This document shows positions 20,149 to 30,513 of a stretch of DNA of 64,000 nt, piece after piece (the first letter of the stretch is position 1; every line of letters begins with the position of its first letter). The translations under genes and the position numbers were made by a program. The stretch is from a virus. Taxonomy: Duplodnaviria > Caudoviricetes. Under the pieces are notes generated by a model that saw only the letters and a program-made list of their open reading frames with translations, was not told the origin of the DNA and did no database searches. The stretch covers positions 61,427 through 125,426 of IMG/VR virus record IMGVR_UViG_3300037067_006949, one strand, 5' to 3'.

Positions 20149-22122
20149 ATGGTAAAAGGTTTAACTGACTTTAAGCTAAGTGAAAATTTTATAGAAAAAT
20201 ATAAAACCAAACAACCGCCATTTGGTTACAATGGTTTAGGCGAACTAGTATATATGCGCACTTATTCGAGAATTAAGGATGATGGCAAAAACGAACTATG
20301 GTGGGAAACTATTCGTCGCGTAGTAGAAGGTATTTATAATATTCAAAAAGAACATATTGATCATGGAAATCTGGGCTGGAATGCTATGAAAGCTCAAAAA
20401 AGCGCTCAAGAGATGTATGATCTCATTTTTAACATCAAGTTTCTTCCTAGCGGAAGGGCTTTATGGGCATTAGGAAGTAAGGTAATTACAGAAAAAAGAC
20501 TGGCAGAAGCATTATATAACTGTTCGTTCATTTCAACTGAAAGCATAAAAGATGATCCGTCCTTATCCTTTAGGTATGCAATGGACATGTTAATGTGCGG
20601 TGTTGGAGTTGGATTTGATGTAAGAGGCGCGGGGACAATTACAATCAAAAAACGATCTGAAAAAATGGAAGAATATCTTATTCCAGATAGCAGAGAAGGA
20701 TGGGTAGAATCTGTTGGAAAAGTAATTCTATCATTTTTTGGTCATCCTACCCCAATTTTAGATTATTCTCTTATAAGACCAGAAGGTTCTCCAATTAAAA
20801 CTTTTGGTGGAATTTCTGCCGGAGAAAAACCATTAAAAGAATTGCATAATTCTATTATTAATATTTTATCTTTATGCGAAAATAAAGAAATAACACAAAG
20901 AAACATTGCCGATATCTTCAATTTAATAGGCAAGGCTGTTGTAGCCGGAAATGTTCGTAGAAGCGCAGAAGTTGCTCTTGGGTTTGAGAATGATGAATTT
21001 TTAAATCTGAAAAATTATACCATAAATCCAGAAAGAGAATCTTTTGGTTGGTCGTCTAATAATTCTGTTATGGCGGAAATTGGTTCTGATTATAGTAAAA
21101 TTGCAGAAAGAATTAGAGATAACGCGGAACCAGGAATCGTCTGGATTGAAAATTTACGTCAATTTGGTCGTATGCGAGAATTAGAAGCAGATAATAAAGA
21201 TTTTAGAATTATGGGAGGAAATCCATGTTTAGAAATTGGATTGGAATCATCTGAATTATGCAATCTAACTGAGGTGTTTCCAAATAGGAACAATACCAAA
21301 GAAGAATTTTTAAGAACATTAAAATATGCATATTTATTTGCAAAATCCGTCACACTAATTGAAACGTCTTGGGTCGAGACAAATCGAGTTATGATGCGCA
21401 ATCGCAGATTGGGGGTTTCTGTTACTGGAATATCACAATTTATCGCAGACCATGGAATAAGCGAACTAAAAGATTGGCTAAAAACAGGATATGACACACT
21501 CAAAAATTACGACAATATTTACAGTGAATGGTTTGCCATTCCTAGGTCTATAAAATTAAGTACTGTAAAACCATCTGGAACTCTTAGTCTTCTTGGTGGT
21601 GCAACTCCAGGAGTACATTACCCAGAAAGCAAATATTATATTCGTAGAGTAAGACTTGCAAACAATTCATCTTTATTATCAGTTTTAGAGAAATCGGGAT
21701 ATAAAACAGAACCAGCGTTTGGACAAGAAGATTCAACTATTGTTGTAGAGTTCCCAATTTTTGTAGGAGAAAAAGTTCGAACGCAAGAAGATGTTTCTAT
21801 GTGGGAACAATTAGCACAGGCTGCATTTATGCAAAAATATTGGTCTGATAATGCAGTTTCTATTACAGTTACTTTTGATCCAGAAACAGAAGGAAAAGAC
21901 TTAGAACGAGCGTTAGATTTTTACCAATATCAGTTAAAGGGCGTAAGTTTTTTGCCAAGAATAAAAGAGGGAGCATATAAACAAATGCCTTATGAAAAAA
22001 TTGATAAAGAAACCTATGAAAATATGATAAGTAAATTAACGCCATTAGATTTTGGCTCTATGACCAACTCATCCGAAGCAGAAATAGAAAAATATTGCAC
22101 CAATGATACGTGTTCATTATGA
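20149..22122 (+). CDS. nrdJ: Class II (adenosylcobalamin-dependent) ribonucleotide reductase, monomeric RTPR type
   Basis: RTYSR, PSGRALW, VVAGNVRRSA, GGNPCLEI, TVKPSGT, C-terminal CTNDTC. Confidence 0.93.
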   Translation: MVKGLTDFKLSENFIEKYKTKQPPFGYNGLGELVYMRTYSRIKDDGKNELWWETIRRVVEGIYNIQKEHIDHGNLGWNAMKAQKSAQEMYDLIFNIKFLPSGRALWALGSKVITEKRLAEALYNCSFISTESIKDDPSLSFRYAMDMLMCGVGVGFDVRGAGTITIKKRSEKMEEYLIPDSREGWVESVGKVILSFFGHPTPILDYSLIRPEGSPIKTFGGISAGEKPLKELHNSIINILSLCENKEITQRNIADIFNLIGKAVVAGNVRRSAEVALGFENDEFLNLKNYTINPERESFGWSSNNSVMAEIGSDYSKIAERIRDNAEPGIVWIENLRQFGRMRELEADNKDFRIMGGNPCLEIGLESSELCNLTEVFPNRNNTKEEFLRTLKYAYLFAKSVTLIETSWVETNRVMMRNRRLGVSVTGISQFIADHGISELKDWLKTGYDTLKNYDNIYSEWFAIPRSIKLSTVKPSGTLSLLGGATPGVHYPESKYYIRRVRLANNSSLLSVLEKSGYKTEPAFGQEDSTIVVEFPIFVGEKVRTQEDVSMWEQLAQAAFMQKYWSDNAVSITVTFDPETEGKDLERALDFYQYQLKGVSFLPRIKEGAYKQMPYEKIDKETYENMISKLTPLDFGSMTNSSEAEIEKYCTNDTCSL

Positions 22123-22955
22123 AAAATAATAAAATTTCAGACAATGAATTAATTGATTTTTATATAAATAAAAACTATTCTATTTTAAAAATATCTAAAA
22201 TAACAAAAATTTATACAGAATGGATTTCTAAAAGGTTAAAAATACTTGATATAAAAATAAGAAACGGAAATGATACAAGTTATTATGAAAATAGAAAAAA
22301 AATATTTTACCCATGCGTTATATGTGGAAACCCAAAAACTATAGAATATCACAAATCTGGAAATTTTTATTGTTCAAGACACATTTCACAACTGGATGAA
22401 TATGGAAAAATATTACCTAGAACAAAATTTGATAAAAATGAAATACATATTCTTGGAAAATATGTTTCAATGGATTTATATAATTCTAAAAATAATAAAG
22501 TTGGAGAAAGTTTATTTGATCTAGAGGACTTAGAAGTTTTAATAAAATATAAATGGCAAAAAGATAAACAAGGCTATGTTGTTACATTAATAAAAGATGA
22601 CGAAACGGGAGATAAGCACAGATTGACAATGCATAGATTTTTATTAAATCCACAAAAATATGAGATTATTGATCATATAAATTGTGACAAATCAGACAAC
22701 AGAAAAGAAAATCTTAGAATTGTTGACAAAAGTAAAAATGAAATGAATAAACCTTTGAGGAATGATAATTCTTGTGGTTATAGAGGAGTTTATTGGAATA
22801 AAAACAAAAATTTATGGATTGCAGAAATGAACTTGAATGGTAAAAAGATTTTAAATAAAGGATTCAAAAATAAAGAGGATGCGATTTTATGCAGAGAAGA
22901 ATCTGAGGTAAAATATTTTGGAGAATATAGATACAATGATGCAAATAAAAATTAA
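22119..22955 (+). CDS. HNH homing endonuclease with C-terminal AP2-like domain
   Basis: MHRFLL...IDHINCDKSDNRKENLR; GYRGVYW...W.AE; markedly AT-rich. Confidence 0.88.
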   Translation: MKNNKISDNELIDFYINKNYSILKISKITKIYTEWISKRLKILDIKIRNGNDTSYYENRKKIFYPCVICGNPKTIEYHKSGNFYCSRHISQLDEYGKILPRTKFDKNEIHILGKYVSMDLYNSKNNKVGESLFDLEDLEVLIKYKWQKDKQGYVVTLIKDDETGDKHRLTMHRFLLNPQKYEIIDHINCDKSDNRKENLRIVDKSKNEMNKPLRNDNSCGYRGVYWNKNKNLWIAEMNLNGKKILNKGFKNKEDAILCREESEVKYFGEYRYNDANKN

Positions 22956-23367
22956 ATATTTATCAGATAAAATTGAAAAAATTAAAAAATCTGACATTGG
23001 AGACTGGATTGACCTTCGTGCTTCTGAAAATATAGAAATGAAATCAGGAGAATATAAATTGATCCCATTGGGATTGGCAATGAAATTGCCAGATGGTTAT
23101 GAGGGGTATATTGTTCCTAGAAGTTCAACCTTAAAGAATTTTGGTATTATTCAAGGAAATCATTTTGGCATAGTTGATAATTCTTATTGCGGAAATGATG
23201 ACGAATGGAAAATGTCAGCATACGCCGTTAGAGATACTAAAATAAACATAAATGATCGCATTTGCCAATTTAGAATACAAAAGAAGCAACCAGAAATAGA
23301 ATTCTTAGAAGTAGACGACTTAGATAATAAATCTCGCGGAGGCTTTGGTTCTACTGGTATATCCTAA
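22936..23367 (+). CDS. dut: Trimeric dUTPase
   Basis: DWIDL, PRSST, GIVDNSYCG, DRICQ, RGGFGSTG. Confidence 0.93.
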   Translation: MMQIKIKYLSDKIEKIKKSDIGDWIDLRASENIEMKSGEYKLIPLGLAMKLPDGYEGYIVPRSSTLKNFGIIQGNHFGIVDNSYCGNDDEWKMSAYAVRDTKININDRICQFRIQKKQPEIEFLEVDDLDNKSRGGFGSTGIS

Positions 23368-23374
23368 AAATGGT

Positions 23375-23409
23375 AAAAAAAAGACTATACCGTTGGGTAT
23401 AGTCTTTTT
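23375..23409. terminator. Bidirectional intrinsic terminator between the two arms
   Basis: A8-GACTATACC-GTTG-GGTATAGTC-T5 located between convergent stop codons. Confidence 0.88.
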
Positions 23410-23418
23410 ATTTTCGTT

Positions 23419-24696
23419 CTATTTTATATCCAACTCTGGATGGGCATCACGGATAGCACGTAACGAAGCTTTCTCCGCATCAGAAAAAATAGGTTTTTGT
23501 TCTGGAGGTGCAAGCTTCAACATATAATTCGTAGAATTTACCACCCACCTCTGAATATTTGGATCAATTCTCCACATCTTATTGACCAAATCTACAGCAT
23601 AAACACTTACTATATTTTCAACCGATAAATCCATTTTAATATCAATGCCAAGTTCATTTCTAGTGTCAACTGGTTTAATGCAAACAGCTCTAAACATCTC
23701 TGGAAGTGCAGGAACTACAGGAGGAGGCGGTGGGGGCGGAACAATCTTTTCCATATAACTAGGCGAACTTACGACCCATCTCTGGATATCAAGCGGAGCA
23801 ATCCTCCACATTCCATCCGATCTTTCCTCATATACGTTTACATAGTCTCCAACCCTTAAATCCATTTTAATGTCAACGCCAATTTCGTTTCTGGTATCGA
23901 CTGGCTGAATACATTTTGCCAAGAATAGAGCATCAGGGTCTTTTTCTGGAACAACATTTGTAACTTCTCCACCGCTATACAAATCCCACTCATCAACAGT
24001 CCCCAAGAACACATTTAGATCAAGTCCTTTTGTTTCAAATCCAAGAATCAATCCTTCGGGAATACCGTCATTATTTATATCGCCATCACTAGCATATTGC
24101 CAAATAATAACCTTTCCCCTCCATCCAGCAGCTTTTACAGCGTCTACAATGTTCTGGTAAGTAATTAATTTGTTATACCATGCAATCCATAAAGTCCTGT
24201 CTTTTGCCCAATCATCAAATGAACTGAGTAAACTTGGAGAAGTATATATTTCAGTATATTTACCAGAAAGAACATCATACGTTTCACAATATGATTTCAT
24301 AATTGTATTAAAGCTTGCCCTATGTGAAGAAATCAAACCTCCATAAGTGCTGGCTTCGCAATCTAGGGCGATAGGCATTGAGCTTGGATCAGATTTCAAC
24401 AAATTCCAGCATGTTTCTGCTTGAATTTCTCCCCATTCGGCATCAGTCGTTGTCGTATATCGGTTAGAATAATAATCCCCATACCAATACGTCTTGCGTT
24501 TGAATTTTCCTTTTGATTCATTCCAGAACCATTTGAATGCCCGATCTTCGACCAGACCATATCCAACACGTACTATAAAACCTTGTATGCCTATCGCTTG
24601 CAGCATATCTAATTCTGGTTTATATGCCGTATCTGGATTGTCTTGGTATTGCGAAACATCCACCAATCGTACCGGATAATCTCTAAACGTTGTCAT
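23419..24696 (-). CDS. Endolysin, GH25 muramidase with two C-terminal SH3b-like repeats
   Basis: DVSQYQ, ALDCE, LWIAWY, IWQY, LDLNVF; two copies of PVDTRNE.G.DIKMDL...MWRI...QRWV separated by a PPPPPPP linker. Confidence 0.88.
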   Translation of the reverse strand: MTTFRDYPVRLVDVSQYQDNPDTAYKPELDMLQAIGIQGFIVRVGYGLVEDRAFKWFWNESKGKFKRKTYWYGDYYSNRYTTTTDAEWGEIQAETCWNLLKSDPSSMPIALDCEASTYGGLISSHRASFNTIMKSYCETYDVLSGKYTEIYTSPSLLSSFDDWAKDRTLWIAWYNKLITYQNIVDAVKAAGWRGKVIIWQYASDGDINNDGIPEGLILGFETKGLDLNVFLGTVDEWDLYSGGEVTNVVPEKDPDALFLAKCIQPVDTRNEIGVDIKMDLRVGDYVNVYEERSDGMWRIAPLDIQRWVVSSPSYMEKIVPPPPPPPVVPALPEMFRAVCIKPVDTRNELGIDIKMDLSVENIVSVYAVDLVNKMWRIDPNIQRWVVNSTNYMLKLAPPEQKPIFSDAEKASLRAIRDAHPELDIK

Positions 24697-25210
24697 TGCC
24701 TCTCCTATTATTTTTTTGTTTTGATATCTTATCGCAATCCACCATACCCATATTTACAGATGACATCGGCGTTAGATTTTCTCTTCGCATTTGTTCAATA
24801 AGGGTCTTATTATATTGTTCCGAATTGTTCAATTTGCATTCGAGAATTGAAATCGTTCTGCTCTGTTCCTCTATTTTTATGTCTTGCAAATCCAATCTCT
24901 CACTTTGAGTTGTGATTGTATTTGCTTGTTTACGAATTATTTCTTCCTGGACATCTACTTTATCTTCTAATGCGTTCAACCTTTTATTTACCTCTATGGT
25001 TTCTAACGCGGTTTCAGTAGCGAGGCCTTTATATAACTTGGCAATATCCGCCTCTTTACTTTCATTGCTCAAGTCTGCACCTTTCAATTCTTTAGGAAAC
25101 ATTTTTTTGGAGCGAATAATCGCATATACAGATGCAACAAGCGATACTAAACCTACTCCAAAAATGCCAACTACCCAATATATTAAACCTTGAATTTGCG
25201 TAATGTCCAT
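24683..25210 (-). CDS. Membrane-anchored coiled-coil protein (lysis accessory, holin-like)
   Basis: One N-terminal hydrophobic helix then a coiled coil; overlaps the endolysin start. Confidence 0.55.
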   Translation of the reverse strand: MDITQIQGLIYWVVGIFGVGLVSLVASVYAIIRSKKMFPKELKGADLSNESKEADIAKLYKGLATETALETIEVNKRLNALEDKVDVQEEIIRKQANTITTQSERLDLQDIKIEEQSRTISILECKLNNSEQYNKTLIEQMRRENLTPMSSVNMGMVDCDKISKQKNNRRGNDNV

Positions 25211-25551
25211 TTTTCATTGCCTCCATCTTTTAACGAAGTTAATCTTGCTCTGGCGCTAGAGGCAAAAGCCCCGCCCATTAGGATCATTAATGGTCTCATA
25301 ATAAGCAATCCATAAGGGCTTACATCGACAGGATTGCCAATAATATGTTCTACGATTAAGAAAATGTACGATATTGTAGCTAATCCACAAACAATTGCAG
25401 AAAAGGCTTTTATCCAAGAGTACATTTGTCTTTTAGATAATAACAAAAATTCAATATTCCAATATGTGGCAAAACTAAAAATAATAGCCCCACATATCAT
25501 CATTATGAATCCAAATATAGTAAGAAAGTCATTCAAAGCGTCAAAACTCAT
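25183..25551 (-). CDS. Three-TM membrane protein, putative holin
   Basis: Three hydrophobic segments; lies in the lysis cassette. Confidence 0.55.
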   Translation of the reverse strand: MSFDALNDFLTIFGFIMMICGAIIFSFATYWNIEFLLLSKRQMYSWIKAFSAIVCGLATISYIFLIVEHIIGNPVDVSPYGLLIMRPLMILMGGAFASSARARLTSLKDGGNEKWTLRKFKV

Positions 25552-25705
25552 ATAATATCCTCCTACCGATAATAAATATATGTTTTAGAAAATTTTTTCA
25601 CGGTTCCTCCATTTTACAAAATTGCATAATACATATAGGTGGTACAATTTTTTATACCACCATATATACTGTTAAAATCTGCTTAAAAGTATAATTTTAT
25701 GTAAA

Positions 25706-26893
25706 TTATATTTTCCACCAATTTGAGTTGTCAGAAATCACTCTTACACTTTGCAATCCAGTCAAATCAACTTGAGAAGCGCTATCTATCAAACCAGCAG
25801 CAGTTATGACGCTTACGGTCATACTTCCACTATTTTTAACGATATATGGCAGCCCAAGTTTTCCTACCGGAGTTGGCAACGTGATTAAAGAACTTCCCGT
25901 TACTAGGCAAACATAATCGGTGTTCAATAATGAATAATCACTTGTTTTTGAAACAATAGGAACTGGAGCCGCAACATACGATGCACTTCCAGAAGTTACA
26001 TGCCCATATACATCTACGTTCACCTTGACATATGAACCAGCAGTAACACCAGATGCATTATGTTTTATTTGTGATCCAGTTGTGGTAGACATTATTCCAG
26101 AACCAGCGATTCCAGCAAGAATAGTCGTGTTCGTATAGCTTCCGGTTGTTGAATCATAGGAATATAATGCTTTTCCAACTACACCAGTTGCGGTTATCGG
26201 CATAGCAACTATGCTTCCAGATATTGCATGTCCATAAACGTCAAATAATATTTTGTTATATGAGCCAGTTGTTATACCAGATACATTATGCTTTACACTA
26301 GAACCCGTTGTATCTGACATGACTCCAGAACCAGAAATCTCAAATAATACGCTGCTTCCAGATATGCCACTATCTTGAAGTGTTCCGCTACCACTAATTG
26401 ATATCCAATTTCCAGATATTCCAGAAATGCTTATCTGATCTGCGGTAGTAGTTCCCATCAAGACATAATATGTTCCATTATAAACAAATAGAGCATATCT
26501 TCCAGATTTCAAATCCCCCGATTCCATATCTACCAAATTTCCAAGAAAATCTATTTTCTTTAAAGTTATTATGCCAAGACTATTTATGTTCAAAGTAACT
26601 GCACCCGTATTGACCGCATTTAACTTTAAAGTTATCATAGAATTTGTTAAATATGAACTTATTCCAGATACGGTAGCTTCATAATAATTTTCAGTAATTA
26701 CACTAGCATTTACATTGACAAGCAAATTGCTTTGTATGCTAAGTATTGATCCGCTAACTGTTCCGGCAAAATTATCAATGAGAACCATGTTTGAAGAATT
26801 TCCTGCCACTGCTAATCTGAAAGTTTGAAAAGTTGTAGCAGAACCAGACGCGGTATCATAAGTAGTTAGACCTAAATTTGTTGTTGTGGTCAC
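25706..26893 (-). CDS. Tail fibre-like protein
   Basis: NTGAVTLNINSLG tail-fibre motif; two copies of a ~43-aa repeat with GSY.K...DVYGH..SGS; Ser/Gly/Thr-rich. Confidence 0.75.
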   Translation of the reverse strand: MTTTTNLGLTTYDTASGSATTFQTFRLAVAGNSSNMVLIDNFAGTVSGSILSIQSNLLVNVNASVITENYYEATVSGISSYLTNSMITLKLNAVNTGAVTLNINSLGIITLKKIDFLGNLVDMESGDLKSGRYALFVYNGTYYVLMGTTTADQISISGISGNWISISGSGTLQDSGISGSSVLFEISGSGVMSDTTGSSVKHNVSGITTGSYNKILFDVYGHAISGSIVAMPITATGVVGKALYSYDSTTGSYTNTTILAGIAGSGIMSTTTGSQIKHNASGVTAGSYVKVNVDVYGHVTSGSASYVAAPVPIVSKTSDYSLLNTDYVCLVTGSSLITLPTPVGKLGLPYIVKNSGSMTVSVITAAGLIDSASQVDLTGLQSVRVISDNSNWWKI

Positions 26894-26915
26894 ACTAATT
26901 TTCTCCTTTCAGAAT

Positions 26916-27473
26916 TTATACAGTAACGGTATCCATTTCGGATAGTAATATGCCGTCTAAATCGCTTAATAAACTTCCGTCAAAATAGCTTACCATATAA
27001 TATTGTTCGCAAGTAATTGTAGGAACTAAAGATATGCTTGGAAGTGTAACGTTCGAATTTCCCAATGTCAAATTTTGATTCATCGTTGCCATCATTGCAT
27101 TAGGAAGGGCAACATCAACCGCGCCCATTCCTTGCAACATTTTAATTACAATATTCATCACGGGTGCTTTTATTGAAACCGGAATAGCCAGTGATTGTAT
27201 CAATTTTATCAAAGATGACGTAAACCCTAAAGATACCTTTTTTATATCTATATTTGATACTAAATTGAATCTTAATACGGCTTGACTAAACCCAATCTCA
27301 AATTTATTGTGAATATTGATAAACCATGATATAGCGGGTTCAATTTCGCCAGAAATCACGCCAAAACTATGAGAATTTCTAATATAAGAATTAAAGGAAT
27401 GGGAATTGTTGATAAACGAAGTAAACATTCTACTATTTCGAATATAAGAATTGAACGAATGTTTAGCTGGCAT
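26916..27473 (-). CDS. Putative tail structural protein with N-terminal 10-aa repeats
   Basis: HSFNSYIRNS present twice plus a degenerate copy; lies in the tail operon. Confidence 0.5.
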   Translation of the reverse strand: MPAKHSFNSYIRNSRMFTSFINNSHSFNSYIRNSHSFGVISGEIEPAISWFINIHNKFEIGFSQAVLRFNLVSNIDIKKVSLGFTSSLIKLIQSLAIPVSIKAPVMNIVIKMLQGMGAVDVALPNAMMATMNQNLTLGNSNVTLPSISLVPTITCEQYYMVSYFDGSLLSDLDGILLSEMDTVTV

Positions 27474-27485
27474 AATTACCTCCCA

Positions 27486-27899
27486 TTAATTTGTCATTGA
27501 AAACGATATTGCGCTTGCAGAAAATGAAACAGTTGTGGCATCCTGTACGATTTTTGGAGATAACAATGTTTGATAGAACCAAACATTTCCAGTAGCAGAT
27601 GCGGAAGTATCCGCCAAAAATACATCGGAAATGGTTCCCCAAGATGCTGTGCTTACCGGAAACGTAATATCAACATTATTATAAAGAGAACCACTAGAAG
27701 AATAGGTAAAGTTAGATTTGTTATTTGCCAATCCAACTCTAGCATATCCTTTACCTCCCGTTGGTTCTGTTGCATTAGAACCGCTACTAGAAATAGTTGT
27801 TGTACTTAAACCAATATAATAATTGGCTGGAGGCGAAAATGACACACCTCCAAACATATTATTAAGTACTGATCCAGATGCATAATAAGTTATGGACAT
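27486..27899 (-). CDS. Putative tail structural protein
   Basis: YIGLST...EPTGGKGYARV...ITFP...WGTI motif typical of phage tail proteins. Confidence 0.7.
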   Translation of the reverse strand: MSITYYASGSVLNNMFGGVSFSPPANYYIGLSTTTISSSGSNATEPTGGKGYARVGLANNKSNFTYSSSGSLYNNVDITFPVSTASWGTISDVFLADTSASATGNVWFYQTLLSPKIVQDATTVSFSASAISFSMTN

Positions 27900-27911
27900 C
27901 GGTTTGCCTCC

Positions 27912-28256
27912 TTATGAAATTTGAGAAAATATTTGAATAATCCCTTGTGATGGCCTGGCAACACTAGAGCCAGTTGTTATCACGGGTTGATGTATGAACT
28001 TTCCAGATAGAGTTGCCGTATCAGTAGGCGCAAGTATCACTTGCATTCTGTTATTTGGAACGCCAGGAACAGTTGCGTTTTTTGTTAATATGGCACTTCC
28101 ACTTCCATATCTCGCCATCTCCCAAGTACAAGTACTGCCACCCAAGTCCATCGCCGTACTTCCGCTAGTATATATATCAAACGTAAATTCTTGTTCTGTT
28201 CCGGCAATAAATGAGACTTGTTCCAAGTCACAAGCCGTAACCAAAGAAAAGGACAT
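27912..28256 (-). CDS. BppU-like baseplate/Ig-like protein
   Basis: V.L.PTDT..LSGKF.HQ pattern; tail operon context. Confidence 0.55.
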   Translation of the reverse strand: MSFSLVTACDLEQVSFIAGTEQEFTFDIYTSGSTAMDLGGSTCTWEMARYGSGSAILTKNATVPGVPNNRMQVILAPTDTATLSGKFIHQPVITTGSSVARPSQGIIQIFSQIS

Positions 28257-28258
28257 TG

Positions 28259-28447
28259 TTACCCTCCTTCCTTGACAGGCGTTTCTTGAGCCTGTTTTTG
28301 TTCGTTTAATTGTTGAATGACCTGTTGCAACGTATATATTGAGTTATAAAGCAACTGAAGATTTGGCATCCCCTTCACTTCTAATTGATTCAACGTATTG
28401 TAGGTGTCAACAAGTTTTTTAAATGTTTCAAAATCTAAATTGTACAT
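28259..28447 (-). CDS. Small coiled-coil protein, possible tail chaperone
   Basis: 62 aa, Q-rich helix, GGAG RBS. Confidence 0.5.
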   Translation of the reverse strand: MYNLDFETFKKLVDTYNTLNQLEVKGMPNLQLLYNSIYTLQQVIQQLNEQKQAQETPVKEGG

Positions 28448-28458
28448 AATTCTCCATT

Positions 28459-30513
28459 TTAATTTTCTTCACCAGAAATTTTTTTAAGATCGGCAATAGG
28501 AACGCCACTTACTTTCTTGATATTTTCGAAAAGAACTCCACCAATAGATTTTATTCTACCAGCAACACCAGAAATTATCCCCATATATACATATCCATTT
28601 TTTTGTCCTGCAATTGCTATGTTTCCAGTATTATTTATGCCAATAGATTGCCATGTGCCAGAAGTTTCTAAACTCCAAGATGCTCCAGAATTAAAGGAAG
28701 AATATATGCCATCCGCATATTCTATTGATAGCGCAATTGCTCCAGCGCCAGAGCACGAAACGCCTTCCCAATCATTATATTCTGTTCCAACACTCCAAGA
28801 CGAACAAGAATCGTGAGAATAGTATACATATCCCCCTTCTTTTGAGGCATATACCTTTGTTCCGGTTGTATCGCAACCAACTCCAGTCCAACTATAATTA
28901 TCTTCTAAATCTCCACCAGGAGCAGTCTGCGTCCATGAAATGCCATAGTTAATGGAAAAATACAACCCTCCCCACCCTCCTCCTATCATAAAACGTCCAT
29001 CTGCACTACATGCTAAATTATCAGTAAATCCCAATCCTTCGCTTGCCAAAGACCAACTTATGCCATAATCAGACGATAAGTACAAATTATCGTAACTATA
29101 TTCCCCTACTATTATATATCTTCCGTCTGAACTCATAGCCGATCCGTACCAATCACCATCATAAGGAGAACCAGTGGGAAATATTTCATTCCAAGTAGAA
29201 CCCGAAGTATGCGATAAATATATTCTTCCACCATTTTCTCCCGCCAACATGTAACTTCCATCGCTACTGACACATACCGTAGACCATCCTTGAATGCTTG
29301 GGTTTGTGCTTGGTGAAATTTCCGCCCACGGGCTTCCGCTAATGGGATTATTTACATAAACGTATCCGTTATTATAATCTCCGGCTAATTTAATTGTTCC
29401 AGAAGAATCAATTGCAACTTCATACTTTGATTTTTTTTGAAATCCAATATATGGATAAATATTGCCCCAAGTTTCTCCTTGATCTAAAGATTTGAATATT
29501 GGATTACTTCCTCCAACCACCGCATAGACAATAGATGATGAGCTTCCGCTAAAAAATGGCGGATATGTTAAATTTCCTATCGTAAATGTTTTGGAACTCC
29601 ATGAGTCGCCTGAATTTAAAGATTTATAAGTTCCCTTCGTCCCACATGCAACAAATGCACAACTTGCATCCATACTCATACTTCCAAAACCAAGAACGTT
29701 ACCTCCTGGGCTTGCTATTATGATTATTTTGCTCCAGTTGGCTCCGCCATCATGCGTTGTAAAACATCCAAAAGCGTAAGAAGGGGCTCCAGATAAACTT
29801 CCAAAAACAACCATGTTGGAAAAGGTATCATCATTCGCCATCGTATATGCCAAATAAAAATTAGTATATGGTTCATCCAATACAAGATTCCATGTATAAC
29901 CATAATCAATTGAAACTTGTATTTGCTGGTAAGTAACTCCAGACACATAAACGTTCCTTGTAAGTACGGACATCTTGCTTCCATCCGAGCTTATAGATGT
30001 TACCATTATTATGCACGTGCTATAACTTGCGTGCTGAACATAGGCATTCCAAGTTAATCCATAATCCCTAGATACAAATACACATCTCTCATTTCCTCCG
30101 CCACTTGCTGCGTCTGCCCTAACTATAATATACCTTCCATCAGAGCTACAATGAATTTGATTATAAGATTCATAAAGACCTAAGTTATGTCCTGCTGGTT
30201 GCACAGCAGTATATTCTTTGGTGTCTCTATCATAAATCATAACCCAATTTAGATAGACTCCATTACCAGAACACAGATATATGTTTCCACTATTAGATGG
30301 GGCTGCTACTTGTGGAGTGCCATATTCGGGAGGTGTCGTAAGCTGTTCCCAAGTTAATCCGGCATCGTAACTTGCATAAATAAGGCTTTCAGCAGAAGAA
30401 GCCACACAAATTGTCAGACCGTCTTGGCTTATCGAAACTACTCCCCAACCATCACCATAATTTGAATCAATATCATATTTCGCCAAATCTTGCTTTGTCC
30501 ATGTAATTGCCAT
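28459..30513 (-). CDS. BNR/Asp-box beta-propeller protein, putative receptor-binding protein
   Basis: About 11 SxDxGxxW-like repeats (SYDAGLTW, SRDYGLTW, SLDQGETW, SSDYGISW and others). Confidence 0.75.
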   Translation of the reverse strand: MAITWTKQDLAKYDIDSNYGDGWGVVSISQDGLTICVASSAESLIYASYDAGLTWEQLTTPPEYGTPQVAAPSNSGNIYLCSGNGVYLNWVMIYDRDTKEYTAVQPAGHNLGLYESYNQIHCSSDGRYIIVRADAASGGGNERCVFVSRDYGLTWNAYVQHASYSTCIIMVTSISSDGSKMSVLTRNVYVSGVTYQQIQVSIDYGYTWNLVLDEPYTNFYLAYTMANDDTFSNMVVFGSLSGAPSYAFGCFTTHDGGANWSKIIIIASPGGNVLGFGSMSMDASCAFVACGTKGTYKSLNSGDSWSSKTFTIGNLTYPPFFSGSSSSIVYAVVGGSNPIFKSLDQGETWGNIYPYIGFQKKSKYEVAIDSSGTIKLAGDYNNGYVYVNNPISGSPWAEISPSTNPSIQGWSTVCVSSDGSYMLAGENGGRIYLSHTSGSTWNEIFPTGSPYDGDWYGSAMSSDGRYIIVGEYSYDNLYLSSDYGISWSLASEGLGFTDNLACSADGRFMIGGGWGGLYFSINYGISWTQTAPGGDLEDNYSWTGVGCDTTGTKVYASKEGGYVYYSHDSCSSWSVGTEYNDWEGVSCSGAGAIALSIEYADGIYSSFNSGASWSLETSGTWQSIGINNTGNIAIAGQKNGYVYMGIISGVAGRIKSIGGVLFENIKKVSGVPIADLKKISGEEN

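Noticed and set aside
2750-22122. Inteins or introns in dnaE or nrdJ
   Set aside because: Lengths are ordinary and the catalytic motifs are contiguous; no intein termini seen.
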